From positions 24,336-88,335 of IMG/VR virus record IMGVR_UViG_3300026766_000001: a stretch of DNA of 64,000 bases. One strand, 5' to 3'. Source of the DNA: a virus (taxonomy: Duplodnaviria; Caudoviricetes). Shown piece by piece: positions 55,808-64,000 of this stretch (position 1 is the first letter of the stretch; every line of letters begins with the position of its first letter). The notes under the pieces are model-generated. The model did not search any database. It was not told where the DNA came from and saw nothing but the letters and a program-made list of their open reading frames with translations. The position numbers and the translations under genes were made by a program.

Positions 55808-56445
55808 GCGGTCTCCTGGTGGCGCCTGACGCGGCCGGCGAGGTCGAGGAGGAGCTCAGCGAAGGGCAGGGGCGTCAGGAGGGCTTCGCCGGCGGTCAGC
55901 CTCTGGCCGTGGTGCTCGAGCTTTTTTCCACGACGTTGGCGTAGCTCCTCCGCGGAGTGGAAACCTAGGTCCAAGAGGGATCCACGAGGGGCGGGTCCCC
56001 AGCGGAGGGCCGGAAGGTCCGACCCCGCCACGCCGTCTACGTAGAGCCAGGTGGCCTTCCTGGCCCGGTGGCCGTAGTGCCCCTGTTCGACGCAGCACGT
56101 CCAGCCGCCGTAGAGATCTGCGGCCACCCAGCCGCCGGACTTGGGGGGAAGAAACAGTTGGAAGTGACGCCAAGCGTGCGAGCCCTCGGGATGCTCGAGA
56201 ACTCCGCCCCACCGCCGCACGGCAGCGAGAGCCGCGGCGAAACATCCCCCGTCGTCACCGAGGACGCGCCGGACGCGAGCTGAGGGCCCGCCCCCATGAT
56301 AGCGGCCCCATCGAGCACAGGGCGAATGACAGACCACTGGCCATGGCCCCGCGTAGAGTCTCGCGTCCCGTTTCTCATCCCACGGGTCTACGTCCGGGCG
56401 CCCCGCGTAGGGGCCTTTGGAATCGATGTAGAGGGCCGCGATCAT
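55804..56445 (-). CDS. Divergent C5-cytosine methyltransferase-like protein
   Basis: RDAR.Y.GP.PVVCHSPC (motif IV-like), VLEHP (VI), EQGHYGHRARKATWLY (VIII). Confidence 0.65.
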   Translation of the reverse strand: MIAALYIDSKGPYAGRPDVDPWDEKRDARLYAGPWPVVCHSPCARWGRYHGGGPSARVRRVLGDDGGCFAAALAAVRRWGGVLEHPEGSHAWRHFQLFLPPKSGGWVAADLYGGWTCCVEQGHYGHRARKATWLYVDGVAGSDLPALRWGPAPRGSLLDLGFHSAEELRQRRGKKLEHHGQRLTAGEALLTPLPFAELLLDLAGRVRRHQETA

Positions 56446-56455
56446 GCGCGCGCGT

Positions 56456-56658
56456 TTCCGGCACCGATGAATTGCGCGATAGGCGAAGGCATGGTAGGCT
56501 CCACCCATCGAGCTTCTATTTGAGCCCTCCGACGTCGGCGCCCAACCAGGCGTCGCGGGGCTCGCCCTTTCCGGTCGGCTTCTGGGAACAAGAAAGGGTG
56601 CCAGGAAGACTACACCAAGCGCGGCGTCCAGCGGAAGGCGCCCAAGATTCAGGGGCGC
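56456..56658 (-). ncRNA. Candidate structured cis-regulatory RNA upstream of the MTase-like gene
   Basis: Nested stems 56456-56465/56597-56607, 56522-56527/56558-56563, 56565-56571/56592-56598, 56638-56643/56653-56658. Confidence 0.35.
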
Positions 56659-56693
56659 GCTCCGGTCACACCACGAGATAGAGTGGGTAGGTG

Positions 56694-56730
56694 GGCGGCC
56701 TGGGTAGATCAGTAACAACCCAGGCCCGCC
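56694..56730 (-). terminator. Hairpin after the recombinase gene
   Basis: 12-bp stem GGCGGCCTGGGT/ACCCAGGCCCGCC with one bulge. Confidence 0.5.
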
Positions 56731-56739
56731 GGGCGAGAT

Positions 56740-57900
56740 TCAAGGTGTCGGGGTCTTAGCCTTCAGGGTATGCACGGCCGCGTAGACCCGGTCGAGGAGG
56801 TCGTCCTGCGACTCCCCGGCGAGCCCCTCGACGTCGTCGAGCTTCACGCCGAGAAAGGCCTCGAGGTCGGAGAGCGCCACCAGAGGCCTCCCGACCAGGA
56901 GCTTGCGCACGTCCGTGACCTGCCTCTGGGAGAGGCGTGCGGGCGGAGCGTCGTCACCGCCAGCGGCCTCGCGCGTGTCCGGCTGCGAACCGTCGACTTC
57001 GTCGCGGTGAGGGTCAACGGCCGTTTCCGCCGGGAGCGGATCCTCGGCTTCTTTCACGGTTGCCTGCGGAGTCGTACCCTCGTGGTCGGCCTGCGCAGCC
57101 TGCGCAGCCTGCGCCGCCTGCGCCGTCTGCGCCGCCGATCCAGGGGCCAGCCTGTCGAGTAGGGCATCCACCCGGTTGCGGGCCTCGGGTGGCGTGACGT
57201 CTTTGATCTCCCGCAAAGTTTCCGCTTCCTCGACGGTCGGCATGCCCATCATGACCTCGGGCGAGTAGAGCCGCACGAGCATCGCGGCGGACCGCCAGCG
57301 GAACATGTGCTCGGGCATGGACTCGTACTTCGCGTTGTCGATCCAGCCTTCCGCGATCGCCATAGCCGTATCAACGCTCGCTTCAATGCGGTCGCCGAAC
57401 CGATCCACAGCATAGGCGGTGACGCGCATGTCGGGAATCTTGTACTTCACCCTGACGACCGTCGACTTACCGTTGCTCCAGACTTTGCGCTCGACTTCCA
57501 CCTCCCGGTCCGGACCGAGATTCTCCCGCTCCCACTTGATGGTCGACCTCAGGCCCGCCAGCCGGTTGGCGCGCCCGATCATGAATTGCGTGCTGAATGC
57601 CGGTCGCCCCTTCACCACGTACATCTGCTGCATGACCATAAGCTCGCTTTCGTTCATCCGGCGAGCGATGTCGATCGCGATGATGCATTCCCCGGGCTTA
57701 CCCTTGAAGTGCTCGGGTACGAAGGCGGACACAGCGAACACCTTCGCGATTTCCAGGAAGTGACGGTACGCCGCGGCCGAAGAAAACGGAGACGCAAACT
57801 CGGTAAGCGCCCTCTCGTTCTTGAGTCGCAACTCTTCGACGTTCTGCGCCGGCACCAGGGCGTCCGGTGGCGGGGTCGTGCTGCCTTGCGGTTCGCTCAT
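56740..57900 (-). CDS. RecT-like single-strand annealing protein
   Basis: S.FVPEHFKGKPG.C.IAI.....M....VMQQMYVVKGRP; ..NAKY.SMPE.M..WR; adjacent to the YqaJ-type exonuclease. Confidence 0.82.
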   Translation of the reverse strand: MSEPQGSTTPPPDALVPAQNVEELRLKNERALTEFASPFSSAAAYRHFLEIAKVFAVSAFVPEHFKGKPGECIIAIDIARRMNESELMVMQQMYVVKGRPAFSTQFMIGRANRLAGLRSTIKWERENLGPDREVEVERKVWSNGKSTVVRVKYKIPDMRVTAYAVDRFGDRIEASVDTAMAIAEGWIDNAKYESMPEHMFRWRSAAMLVRLYSPEVMMGMPTVEEAETLREIKDVTPPEARNRVDALLDRLAPGSAAQTAQAAQAAQAAQADHEGTTPQATVKEAEDPLPAETAVDPHRDEVDGSQPDTREAAGGDDAPPARLSQRQVTDVRKLLVGRPLVALSDLEAFLGVKLDDVEGLAGESQDDLLDRVYAAVHTLKAKTPTP

Positions 57901-58814
57901 CTATTGACCTCTTTCAGGGAAGGCGACACGTCGATCGTGCGCGCCCATTGTTTCCACGTTTCCGGGGCCTCCCGTTTCAAACGCTTTTCGTCCATGCGCT
58001 CGTAGGAATAACCTCGGTAGACCAGCACCTTACGGGGGTCGCCGAACTCCGCGCCCTCCGCGCCGCCAAGCGAAGCGATCAATGAGCACTGTGCAGTCAA
58101 TTCGCGCTTCTCCGCGGCGAGCCTCTCCTCCCTGGCCATCCTCCACGCCTCGACCAACTCAGGCGAAACGTCAGCGAGGGAATTCGGGATCCGCCGAACC
58201 CGCTGCAGGACGCCGAGCGAAGGGAGTAAATTTGACGGCGGAATCCGCGGTAGAACGTGATTCTCCCAGAATTCGTGATCCCGCTCGACGATGAGTTGTA
58301 TGAGCGCCTCATTGCGGGTCACTTTGTACATTTCCCTGTGCAAGCGGTCGAACTTCGCCACCAGCACGGGCACCCAGACCAGGTCCAGCTCCGCGCAGTA
58401 CATCTGGTGCTGGCACTGGACGATCACTCGGTCGGGGATCTGATCCGTCCCCGGCTCGCCGTAGTCTGCTCCCATCCCGGTCTTGGCTTCGACCGCCTGG
58501 CGCTTGCGGGCGAGCCTAGCGTCCAGGTTCGCCGCCAGCACGATGTCGAACGTGGGTACCACCTCAACGTTGACCTGGAGTTCCTCGCCCAACTCGCGCG
58601 ACGCCCACCGCAGGAGCGGCTCCTCGAAATCATTGCCTATCTCGATCGCCTCGTTCTCCCGCAACTCCGCGAGATCCTCGGTCTTGTCGAGAAAAACATC
58701 GTAGGCTGTGACCTCGCCCTTCGCGGTGGGGATGGGAATGCCGACTACAGGCGGGGAATCGGACGAGCCCAGCCTTTGCCGTCGCCGGAGCCGCTGGCCT
58801 TCGCTGATGCCCAT
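57897..58814 (-). CDS. YqaJ/lambda-exonuclease family protein
   Basis: R.QRLGSSD; GNDFEE; ANLDA; VEAKT; VQCQHQM. Confidence 0.9.
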   Translation of the reverse strand: MGISEGQRLRRRQRLGSSDSPPVVGIPIPTAKGEVTAYDVFLDKTEDLAELRENEAIEIGNDFEEPLLRWASRELGEELQVNVEVVPTFDIVLAANLDARLARKRQAVEAKTGMGADYGEPGTDQIPDRVIVQCQHQMYCAELDLVWVPVLVAKFDRLHREMYKVTRNEALIQLIVERDHEFWENHVLPRIPPSNLLPSLGVLQRVRRIPNSLADVSPELVEAWRMAREERLAAEKRELTAQCSLIASLGGAEGAEFGDPRKVLVYRGYSYERMDEKRLKREAPETWKQWARTIDVSPSLKEVNR

Positions 58815-59287
58815 CAGTGAGACCTCCGAGCGTCAATCTCGCAAGTCGTGATCACCTGGAGAGCGAAGCCATTGGTTCGCTCAGACTGAAAACCGCCCCA
58901 TGCCTTGGGGTAAGTCAACTGGACGAAGGACGCGAGGGCTTCGCCCAGCTCCAGAAGGTCCCATCGCCGCTCTCTGCTCTCAAGGTCGAATACGCCCACG
59001 CCGACGCACCGGATCTCCAGGATGAGCTCCCATCCGGCTCCGGCCGGCGGCTCCATGCTGAGCACGGACCGACGCAGTCCAGTGGGCGCGATCATCGCCA
59101 TGGAAACCTCGCCAAGCGCCTCGTCCCAAGCCATGCCGAGCCTTTCGTCCGGATGGGTCTCGCCGAGCAGTCCGTTGTCAACAGCGTATCGTCGCAGATT
59201 CGCGAGCCTAGTCTCGTCGCCAATGGACACGTGCCACTCACAGTGCAGGTGAACAATCGACCGCCAAACCCTGATAGTATTCGTCAC
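58814..59287 (-). CDS. Hypothetical protein
   Basis: SD TAAGGAGG before GTG 59287. Confidence 0.6.
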   Translation of the reverse strand: MTNTIRVWRSIVHLHCEWHVSIGDETRLANLRRYAVDNGLLGETHPDERLGMAWDEALGEVSMAMIAPTGLRRSVLSMEPPAGAGWELILEIRCVGVGVFDLESRERRWDLLELGEALASFVQLTYPKAWGGFQSERTNGFALQVITTCEIDARRSH

Positions 59288-59313
59288 TTCTGACGCCTCC
59301 TTACCGGGGCCCC

Positions 59314-59343
59314 TTGACATGGCCCGCTCGTTGGCCTTATCAT
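59314..59343 (+). promoter_or_regulatory. Leaderless sigma70 promoter
   Basis: TTGACA-18-TATCAT, ATG 6 nt later, no SD. Confidence 0.7.
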
Positions 59344-59349
59344 ACGCCC

Positions 59350-59553
59350 ATGAGCGCAGAAACGCAAGCGTCGCGAATCGAACTACCGCCCCCGCCACGA
59401 CCGGGCCGGCAGGTCAAGGTCACCGTCTCGCCGGAGGTTTACCAGGGGCTGCAGTCGCTCGCCCGCGACCGCGGCCAGAAGGTTGCGACCGTCGCCGGCG
59501 ACCTCCTGCTCGCGGCCTTCAAAGCGCTGGGCAAGGGGAGCGAGCCGCGGTGA
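59350..59553 (+). CDS. RHH/CopG-like regulator
   Basis: QVKVTVSPEVYQGLQSLARDRGQKVATVAGDLL. Confidence 0.7.
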   Translation: MSAETQASRIELPPPPRPGRQVKVTVSPEVYQGLQSLARDRGQKVATVAGDLLLAAFKALGKGSEPR

Positions 59554-59566
59554 CGAATACGGAGGA

Positions 59567-59694
59567 GGGGCTGAGCGGGAACGGTGAGCGGGAGGATTCG
59601 CTCACGCAGGACCAAGTCGCGGATGGCATCTTTCAGGCCCTCCACCGCTACCTAAAGGGTTCACGTGCGGGGTCGAATCCCGCCAGCCCTGCCA
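59567..59694 (+). ncRNA. tRNA-like element (acceptor stem, T arm, CCA; no canonical anticodon arm)
   Basis: GGGGCTG/CAGCCCT stem, GCGGG-GTCGAAT-CCCGC, G discriminator, CCA; 128 nt long. Confidence 0.4.
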
Positions 59695-59699
59695 ACCTT

Positions 59700-59775
59700 G
59701 GGGGCGAGCACGAACGGTCGAGTGCCCTGACTTTCAATCAGGTGAGGGGGAGTTCAATTCTCCCCGCCCCTACCA
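59700..59775 (+). tRNA. tRNA-Glu(UUC), atypical
   Basis: 76-nt cloverleaf: GGGGGCG/CGCCCCT; D arm; CCTGA-CTTTCAA-TCAGG; GGGAG-TTCAATT-CTCCC; ACCA end. A in place of U8. Confidence 0.8.
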
Positions 59776-59825
59776 ACCCATCGGTGTTTACGAAATCTCA
59801 GATCAACCCGCGCGGTCTCGGACGC

Positions 59826-60140
59826 ATGAACTCCTATTCCTGCCCGGACTGCTTGGGCATCACCTGGTCCATACATCTTGACGACCCGCCTGGCGTCACG
59901 CCGATGATCGTTGAGTGCCGAGCAACCCCGGACTGCAAGGGCCACGCGGAGTCGCAGTTCTACCCCGCCACCATCCCTGACCCTCCGCCGGCCGCGCACA
60001 TCGAGTGGATCAGGCCGACCGCGCGCGGCGGGTTGAAGCGAGCCCTTAAGATGTACCCGGCGCGGCACCGCCCTGGCATGAAGCAGCATTTCGACCAGGG
60101 CGGCGCATTGCCCCGGTACGCGAGGAGGCCGGGCGAGTGA
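59826..60140 (+). CDS. Zinc-binding hypothetical protein
   Basis: YSCPDC...ECRATPDC.G.AES..Y. Confidence 0.55.
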   Translation: MNSYSCPDCLGITWSIHLDDPPGVTPMIVECRATPDCKGHAESQFYPATIPDPPPAAHIEWIRPTARGGLKRALKMYPARHRPGMKQHFDQGGALPRYARRPGE

Positions 60141-60364
60141 AGACGATCACCTTAACTGATCTACGTTCCGAGCCGGGCGAAGTAATCCGCGCCGTTCATA
60201 AGCATGGCGAGTCCTTCTTGCTCACCAAGAGCGGAGCGCCTGTCGCGAAGTTGGTTCCCGTTGACGCCGAAGAAACCACGATCTGGCCGGACGGCTCAAT
60301 TACCGGTCGCCCGCCTCTCACCCTCCGCCGATCCGACCTACTCAGAAACGGAGCCCGACTATGA
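60137..60364 (+). CDS. Phd/YefM-family antitoxin (orphan)
   Basis: MKTITLTDLR.EPGEVIRAV...GESF.LTK.G.PVAKLVPV. Confidence 0.82.
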   Translation: MKTITLTDLRSEPGEVIRAVHKHGESFLLTKSGAPVAKLVPVDAEETTIWPDGSITGRPPLTLRRSDLLRNGARL

Positions 60365-61254
60365 GCGCAGACCACCTCCGCGAACCAACCCTCCGCGAGA
60401 TGCTGGACGAGGGCGTGATCGATCTGCTTCGCTCCGTCATCGGTGCACACCATCCCAACCTGTCCGACGCCCGCTTCCTCATCTTCTGGACGGTGAACCA
60501 GCCAGTCAAGAAGTGGGGCGCGGTGAAGATCGCCACCGAGGAGTTTTGGCGCGCCACCGGCGCCATGGACCGCGGGGTCGACATCCTGGTCAAGTTGAAT
60601 CAGTCGCTCTGGGCGAAGCTGACCGTCGCCGGCCGCACCTTCCTTCTCGACCACTACCTTTCGCTCGTCAAACCCAAAGGGGGCGGCAAGACGCACATGG
60701 CCGTCGAGACGGGCGGCGAGCGTCAACTGTATGAAAAGGACTTCCCGTCGCTGTCTGTCCACCCGGCCGTGCTCGCTCGTAACGCCCAGGGACTGCGCGA
60801 GATTGACGAGCTCGAGCGGATGTGGAAGGCGATGAACGAGCCGGCGCAGTTCCTGCTCGACCTGGAGGCCGGTGCCGACGATGACGAGAACGACGAGGAC
60901 GAAGAGGACGGCGAGGCGACAGCGTCGTCCGCGCCCCCTAAACTCCCCGCGCCGCGCTCCACCGCCATGCCCGTCTCCTACTACGAACGCAGGTCCCTGG
61001 AGATCGGGGGGAGTCTTGTCTTCGCCGTGCTGCGCTTCTCCGGCGCCGACAAGCGCTCGTCTGACCTCACGGGGGTCCATGTGGTAACGCCAGACGAGAC
61101 GGATCGCGGGCCCTTCGCGGGTGTAGTGCATAACAACGGCCTTACCTACGACGACCGCGGAGCAACGATCAAGAAGTATCGCGCGGCCCTCGAGGCAGAA
61201 GGTGCGGACATGCCCAACGCAGCGACCGCTGACGCCGGGGCCCAGGTTCACTAA
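60361..61254 (+). CDS. Phage metallopeptidase-like fold lacking HExxH, with acidic linker
   Basis: HHP.L.DAR...F; WG.VK; DI...LN...W..L.......LLDHYLSL. Confidence 0.55.
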   Translation: MSADHLREPTLREMLDEGVIDLLRSVIGAHHPNLSDARFLIFWTVNQPVKKWGAVKIATEEFWRATGAMDRGVDILVKLNQSLWAKLTVAGRTFLLDHYLSLVKPKGGGKTHMAVETGGERQLYEKDFPSLSVHPAVLARNAQGLREIDELERMWKAMNEPAQFLLDLEAGADDDENDEDEEDGEATASSAPPKLPAPRSTAMPVSYYERRSLEIGGSLVFAVLRFSGADKRSSDLTGVHVVTPDETDRGPFAGVVHNNGLTYDDRGATIKKYRAALEAEGADMPNAATADAGAQVH

Positions 61255-61255
61255 G

Positions 61256-61537
61256 ATGAAGAAAACCACCCCGCGAGCACCCTTCGGTCACGCCGCCAAC
61301 GGCGAGGCCCTCAGCTGGCCGGACGCGTCGCTCCTCAGTATCAAGGTCCCCGCGCCACTGGAGCAACATCTCGCTCGGTACGGCGCGATCATGGGAGTCT
61401 CGGCCGAAGAGGCGGGCCTCTTCCTTCTGCGCAACGCAATCATCGATCGGCACGCCATGATCTTCACCGACGGCTGGAAGCCGGACCGACAGCGTTACCT
61501 GGATGATCCCACCGAAACCGCAAAGCGACGCCGATGA
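61256..61537 (+). CDS. Hypothetical RHH-like protein
   Basis: LSIKVPAPLEQHLARYG..MGVS.EEA...LL. Confidence 0.5.
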   Translation: MKKTTPRAPFGHAANGEALSWPDASLLSIKVPAPLEQHLARYGAIMGVSAEEAGLFLLRNAIIDRHAMIFTDGWKPDRQRYLDDPTETAKRRR

Positions 61538-62202
61538 AGAAAGCCAACCCGGGCGGCGACTTCGAGGCGGCGTTCGCGGCCAGCGTGCCGCGCGGCGTCT
61601 ACCTACACAAGCTGCGCACGCCGGCCGGAGCAGCCTTCCTGATCCCGAAGTTGATAGCGTTAGTCGAGCATCTCTGCAAGCAACTGCGCGCGCCCGTGCC
61701 CGAGTGGGTGACAAAGGCGCGACGTATTCGCTTTGTTCCGCCGGCGGCCTACGACTTTATCCTGGTGGCCCCTGCGCCCTTCGATGTCGGGACGCTCGAG
61801 GTCGGCGGCTTCCACGTCCTTGGGGGCGCGCCAACCCCTCTCGTTCTGCCCGTCCAGCCGTCCGCATTCTTCGCCTTGGAGCTCAAGAGCGTCGACGGGG
61901 TCTCGCTTCCGTTCGGCAACGTCGATGCGGACCAAGAGAAGGCCCTGCGCTCGGTTGCCGCGTGCGGCCATCTTGCCGGCCTGGTCGTAGAGTTCCGCAA
62001 GGCCGCCGAGTGTTGGTTCGTCCCGATTCAGGCGTGGGCGGAATATCGATTGATCGCCGATCGGCAGAGCTTGCCCCTGGAGATCGCCCGGCGGATCGGC
62101 CTGGAGATCAAAGCCGACCCGCTCCGCAGTGGCAAGTCGCCTCGCTGGCTAGTCGGCGACTGGCTTCGGCGCTGCGGGTGTTCCTTGGGAAATTCGCCAT
62201 GA
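61534..62202 (+). CDS. recU: RecU-type Holliday junction resolvase
   Basis: G..FE; HKL.TP; YDF; ALELKSV...SLPF.NV...Q...L......G..AGLVVEF. Confidence 0.78.
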   Translation: MKKANPGGDFEAAFAASVPRGVYLHKLRTPAGAAFLIPKLIALVEHLCKQLRAPVPEWVTKARRIRFVPPAAYDFILVAPAPFDVGTLEVGGFHVLGGAPTPLVLPVQPSAFFALELKSVDGVSLPFGNVDADQEKALRSVAACGHLAGLVVEFRKAAECWFVPIQAWAEYRLIADRQSLPLEIARRIGLEIKADPLRSGKSPRWLVGDWLRRCGCSLGNSP

Positions 62203-62792
62203 AACACCTCGAGAGGTTGACCGCCGCGATCCTTCGGAAAGCCGAGGCTAGCGGGAAGGCGGCCGGCTGGTACGAGCTGTGCCGCCGTGGATATTTGCCG
62301 GCGGAGATCACTCTCTACGCCGAGCCGACCATCCTCAATTCGGATGTCGTCCACCGCGTCCGCGAGCACGCCGAAGCCAACGACCTTCCCATTCCGGTGT
62401 CGTGCGTCAGGCGGGAGAAGGGGCGTAGCGCGCCACCCGAGGATTGGCGGGCGGCGTTTCGCGCGACCGTGATGCGCACCGGACTGGTCCTGAGTCTCAC
62501 CCAGGCCATGCTCGAATACCTCTGCGCGACGGCGGATGGCGTCCGGTGGGACCGTGCGCTTCAGATGGGATCGAGTCTCGCCAAACCATGCAACGCGATG
62601 GCGACAGCTGGTTCGCTGGAGAAGCGCGGCCTAATCAAGCGCCGAAACCTTGGCGGCGATAGCCTGGACAGCAACGAAAGTTACCACGAATTAACCGAGG
62701 CGGGCGAGGCCGTCGTATTACTCCTCAAGTCGGTCGGCGTTTTCGTCGAGGCGGATATCGCGATCGAGCGCCGCGCCGCGAAAAGCTCTTGA
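62199..62792 (+). CDS. Hypothetical protein with C-terminal winged helix
   Basis: LSLTQAMLEYL...SLEKRGLI...ELTEAGE. Confidence 0.6.
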   Translation: MKHLERLTAAILRKAEASGKAAGWYELCRRGYLPAEITLYAEPTILNSDVVHRVREHAEANDLPIPVSCVRREKGRSAPPEDWRAAFRATVMRTGLVLSLTQAMLEYLCATADGVRWDRALQMGSSLAKPCNAMATAGSLEKRGLIKRRNLGGDSLDSNESYHELTEAGEAVVLLLKSVGVFVEADIAIERRAAKSS

Positions 62793-62848
62793 CGTCGCTG
62801 CGGCTGCACCATTACTGGCCAGGACTGAGAGAGCCCTCGATTCGCCCC

Positions 62849-62876
62849 TTGACAACCTTCTCGCCTGTGATATCGT
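62849..62876 (+). promoter_or_regulatory. Leaderless sigma70 promoter
   Basis: TTGACA-16-TATCGT, ATG 7 nt later, no SD. Confidence 0.6.
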
Positions 62877-62883
62877 ATCACCC

Positions 62884-63090
62884 ATGAAGGAGCCCAAAAA
62901 GAAGCTCCCGCCTGGAATGAAGCTCCGCCTCTGGCGAGTCAGAAGGGGCTGGACTCAGTCGCAAGCCGCCGAATTCTTCCGGATCAGTCAGGCGACGCAA
63001 TCGCTGCTGGAGAACGGACTCCGGGAGCCCGGCGCGGATGTGGCGCGACGGATAGCTCGCCTAAGCGATGGCGAAGTGGAGTGGCCTTGA
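62884..63090 (+). CDS. Cro/XRE HTH regulator
   Basis: LRLWRVRRGWTQSQAAEFFRISQATQSLLENG.REP. Confidence 0.88.
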   Translation: MKEPKKKLPPGMKLRLWRVRRGWTQSQAAEFFRISQATQSLLENGLREPGADVARRIARLSDGEVEWP

Positions 63091-63151
63091 TTCGGGACCC
63101 GTGACTTACGTTATCGTCAACCGTTGTTGTCATTGAGGAGACACCCCTAAG

Positions 63152-64000
63152 ATGTCCAAGCTCCAGAGCAGCAAGGCCGCCGCGACTGCGGACTTCCAGT
63201 ACGACTTTATCTTCCTACGTTCGGCGCCAGCGGATGGCGTCACGGCGCGCAAGCATATTGAGGGAGGTTTCGCCTGGCCCACGGGTCCGGACGCCGTTGG
63301 TCGGGTGATCGAGGCTCCCGATTGGGACCCGAGTCCCTCGCGAGATTGCGGCGGCGGACTGCACGGACTGCCGAGCGGCATCGGCGATTGGGGTCTTGTC
63401 CTCAGTCCTTCAGACATGAGCGTGCTGTGGTACGTCTGCGGAGCCAGTATGGAGGAAGCCGTCTTCGGCTCTGGCAAGGTTCGCGTCCGACGTTGCCGAA
63501 TTCTTTACGTCGGTCACTTCGGCCGGGCGATGGATCTTATCTCGCCAGCAATGACGGCGGCTGTCGCGGATCTCGCGGCAAGGCGCGTGACTACGGCTGG
63601 CGAAAGCGCGGCCTCCAACAGCGGCTACAGCGGCGCGGCCTCCAACAGCGGCTACAGCGGCGCGGCCTCCAACAGCGGCTACAGAGGCGCGGCCTCCAAC
63701 AGCGGCGACAGCGGCGCGGCCTCCAACAGCGGCGACAGAGGCGCGGCCTCCAACAGCGGCGACAGAGGCGCGGCCTCCAACAGCGGCGACAGCGGCGCGG
63801 CCTCCAACAGCGGCGACAGCGGCGCGGCCTCCAACAGCGGCTACAGCGGCGCGGCCTCCAACAGCGGCTACAGAGGCGCGGCCTCCAACAGCGGCTACAG
63901 AGGCGCGGCCTCCAACAGCGGCGACAGCGGCGCGGCCTCCAACAGCGGCGACAGCGGCGCGGCCTCCAACAGCGGCGACAGCGGCGCGGCCTCCAACAGC
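63152..64000 (+). CDS. Phage repeat protein (DUF7666-like N-terminus plus 9-aa repeats), truncated by window edge
   Basis: SD GAGGAG; EAPDWDP....CGGGLHG; open to the window end, so absent from the ORF track. Confidence 0.8.
   Translation, partial: MSKLQSSKAAATADFQYDFIFLRSAPADGVTARKHIEGGFAWPTGPDAVGRVIEAPDWDPSPSRDCGGGLHGLPSGIGDWGLVLSPSDMSVLWYVCGASMEEAVFGSGKVRVRRCRILYVGHFGRAMDLISPAMTAAVADLAARRVTTAGESAASNSGYSGAASNSGYSGAASNSGYRGAASNSGDSGAASNSGDRGAASNSGDRGAASNSGDSGAASNSGDSGAASNSGYSGAASNSGYRGAASNSGYRGAASNSGDSGAASNSGDSGAASNSGDSGAASNS
63608..64000 (+). repeat. Coding tandem repeat, 27 nt, 14 full units plus one partial
   Basis: GCGGCCTCCAACAGCGGC(T/G)ACAG(C/A)GGC = AASNSG(Y/D)(S/R)G. Confidence 0.97.

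Noticed and set aside
56456-56658. SAM-I riboswitch
   Set aside because: The conserved AUC/AGA core and kink-turn order cannot be found.
59319-59825. 5' part of the 273-aa ORF
   Set aside because: It overlaps the RHH gene and the tRNA elements; the protein-like sequence starts at 59826.
63608-64000. Possible CRISPR array
   Set aside because: No unique spacers, the unit is a multiple of 3 in an open frame, and no cas genes are present.
63152-64000. Diversity-generating retroelement
   Set aside because: No reverse transcriptase and no template/variable repeat pair; variation is not adenine-specific.

Overview
This is a 64-kb, high-GC fragment of a long-tailed dsDNA phage (Caudoviricetes, siphovirus-like). 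It is truncated at both ends: inside the tape-measure gene on the left and inside a repeat protein on the right. No integrase, att site or endolysin is visible. On the minus strand the morphogenesis genes run terS - terL - portal - minor head protein - scaffold - major capsid - neck - tail tube - chaperones - tape measure, but they are split by large accessory blocks. A replication/recombination block (YqaJ exonuclease, RecT-like annealase, O-like initiator with iterons, primase-helicase) lies at 52.5-58.8 kb. The strongest leads are: (1) an ORF-free, roughly 315-nt element closed by a perfect 15-bp helix and packed with internal stems (27899-28212), a candidate novel large ncRNA; (2) a self-contained operon of a PP-loop/PAPS-reductase-like enzyme, an acidic partner and two related Arg/Gly-rich micropeptides sharing TGAGRGGRGRG (45031-46547); (3) a class-3-type intein starting with Gln in an SNF2 helicase; (4) a GT-B glycosyltransferase-like gene directly behind the capsid gene; (5) a secreted LVIVD/PKD surface protein inside the packaging module; (6) repeated use of leaderless promoters. 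All family assignments come from motif recognition by eye, not database searches. Several accessory genes carry single-base indels that may be real decay or assembly error.
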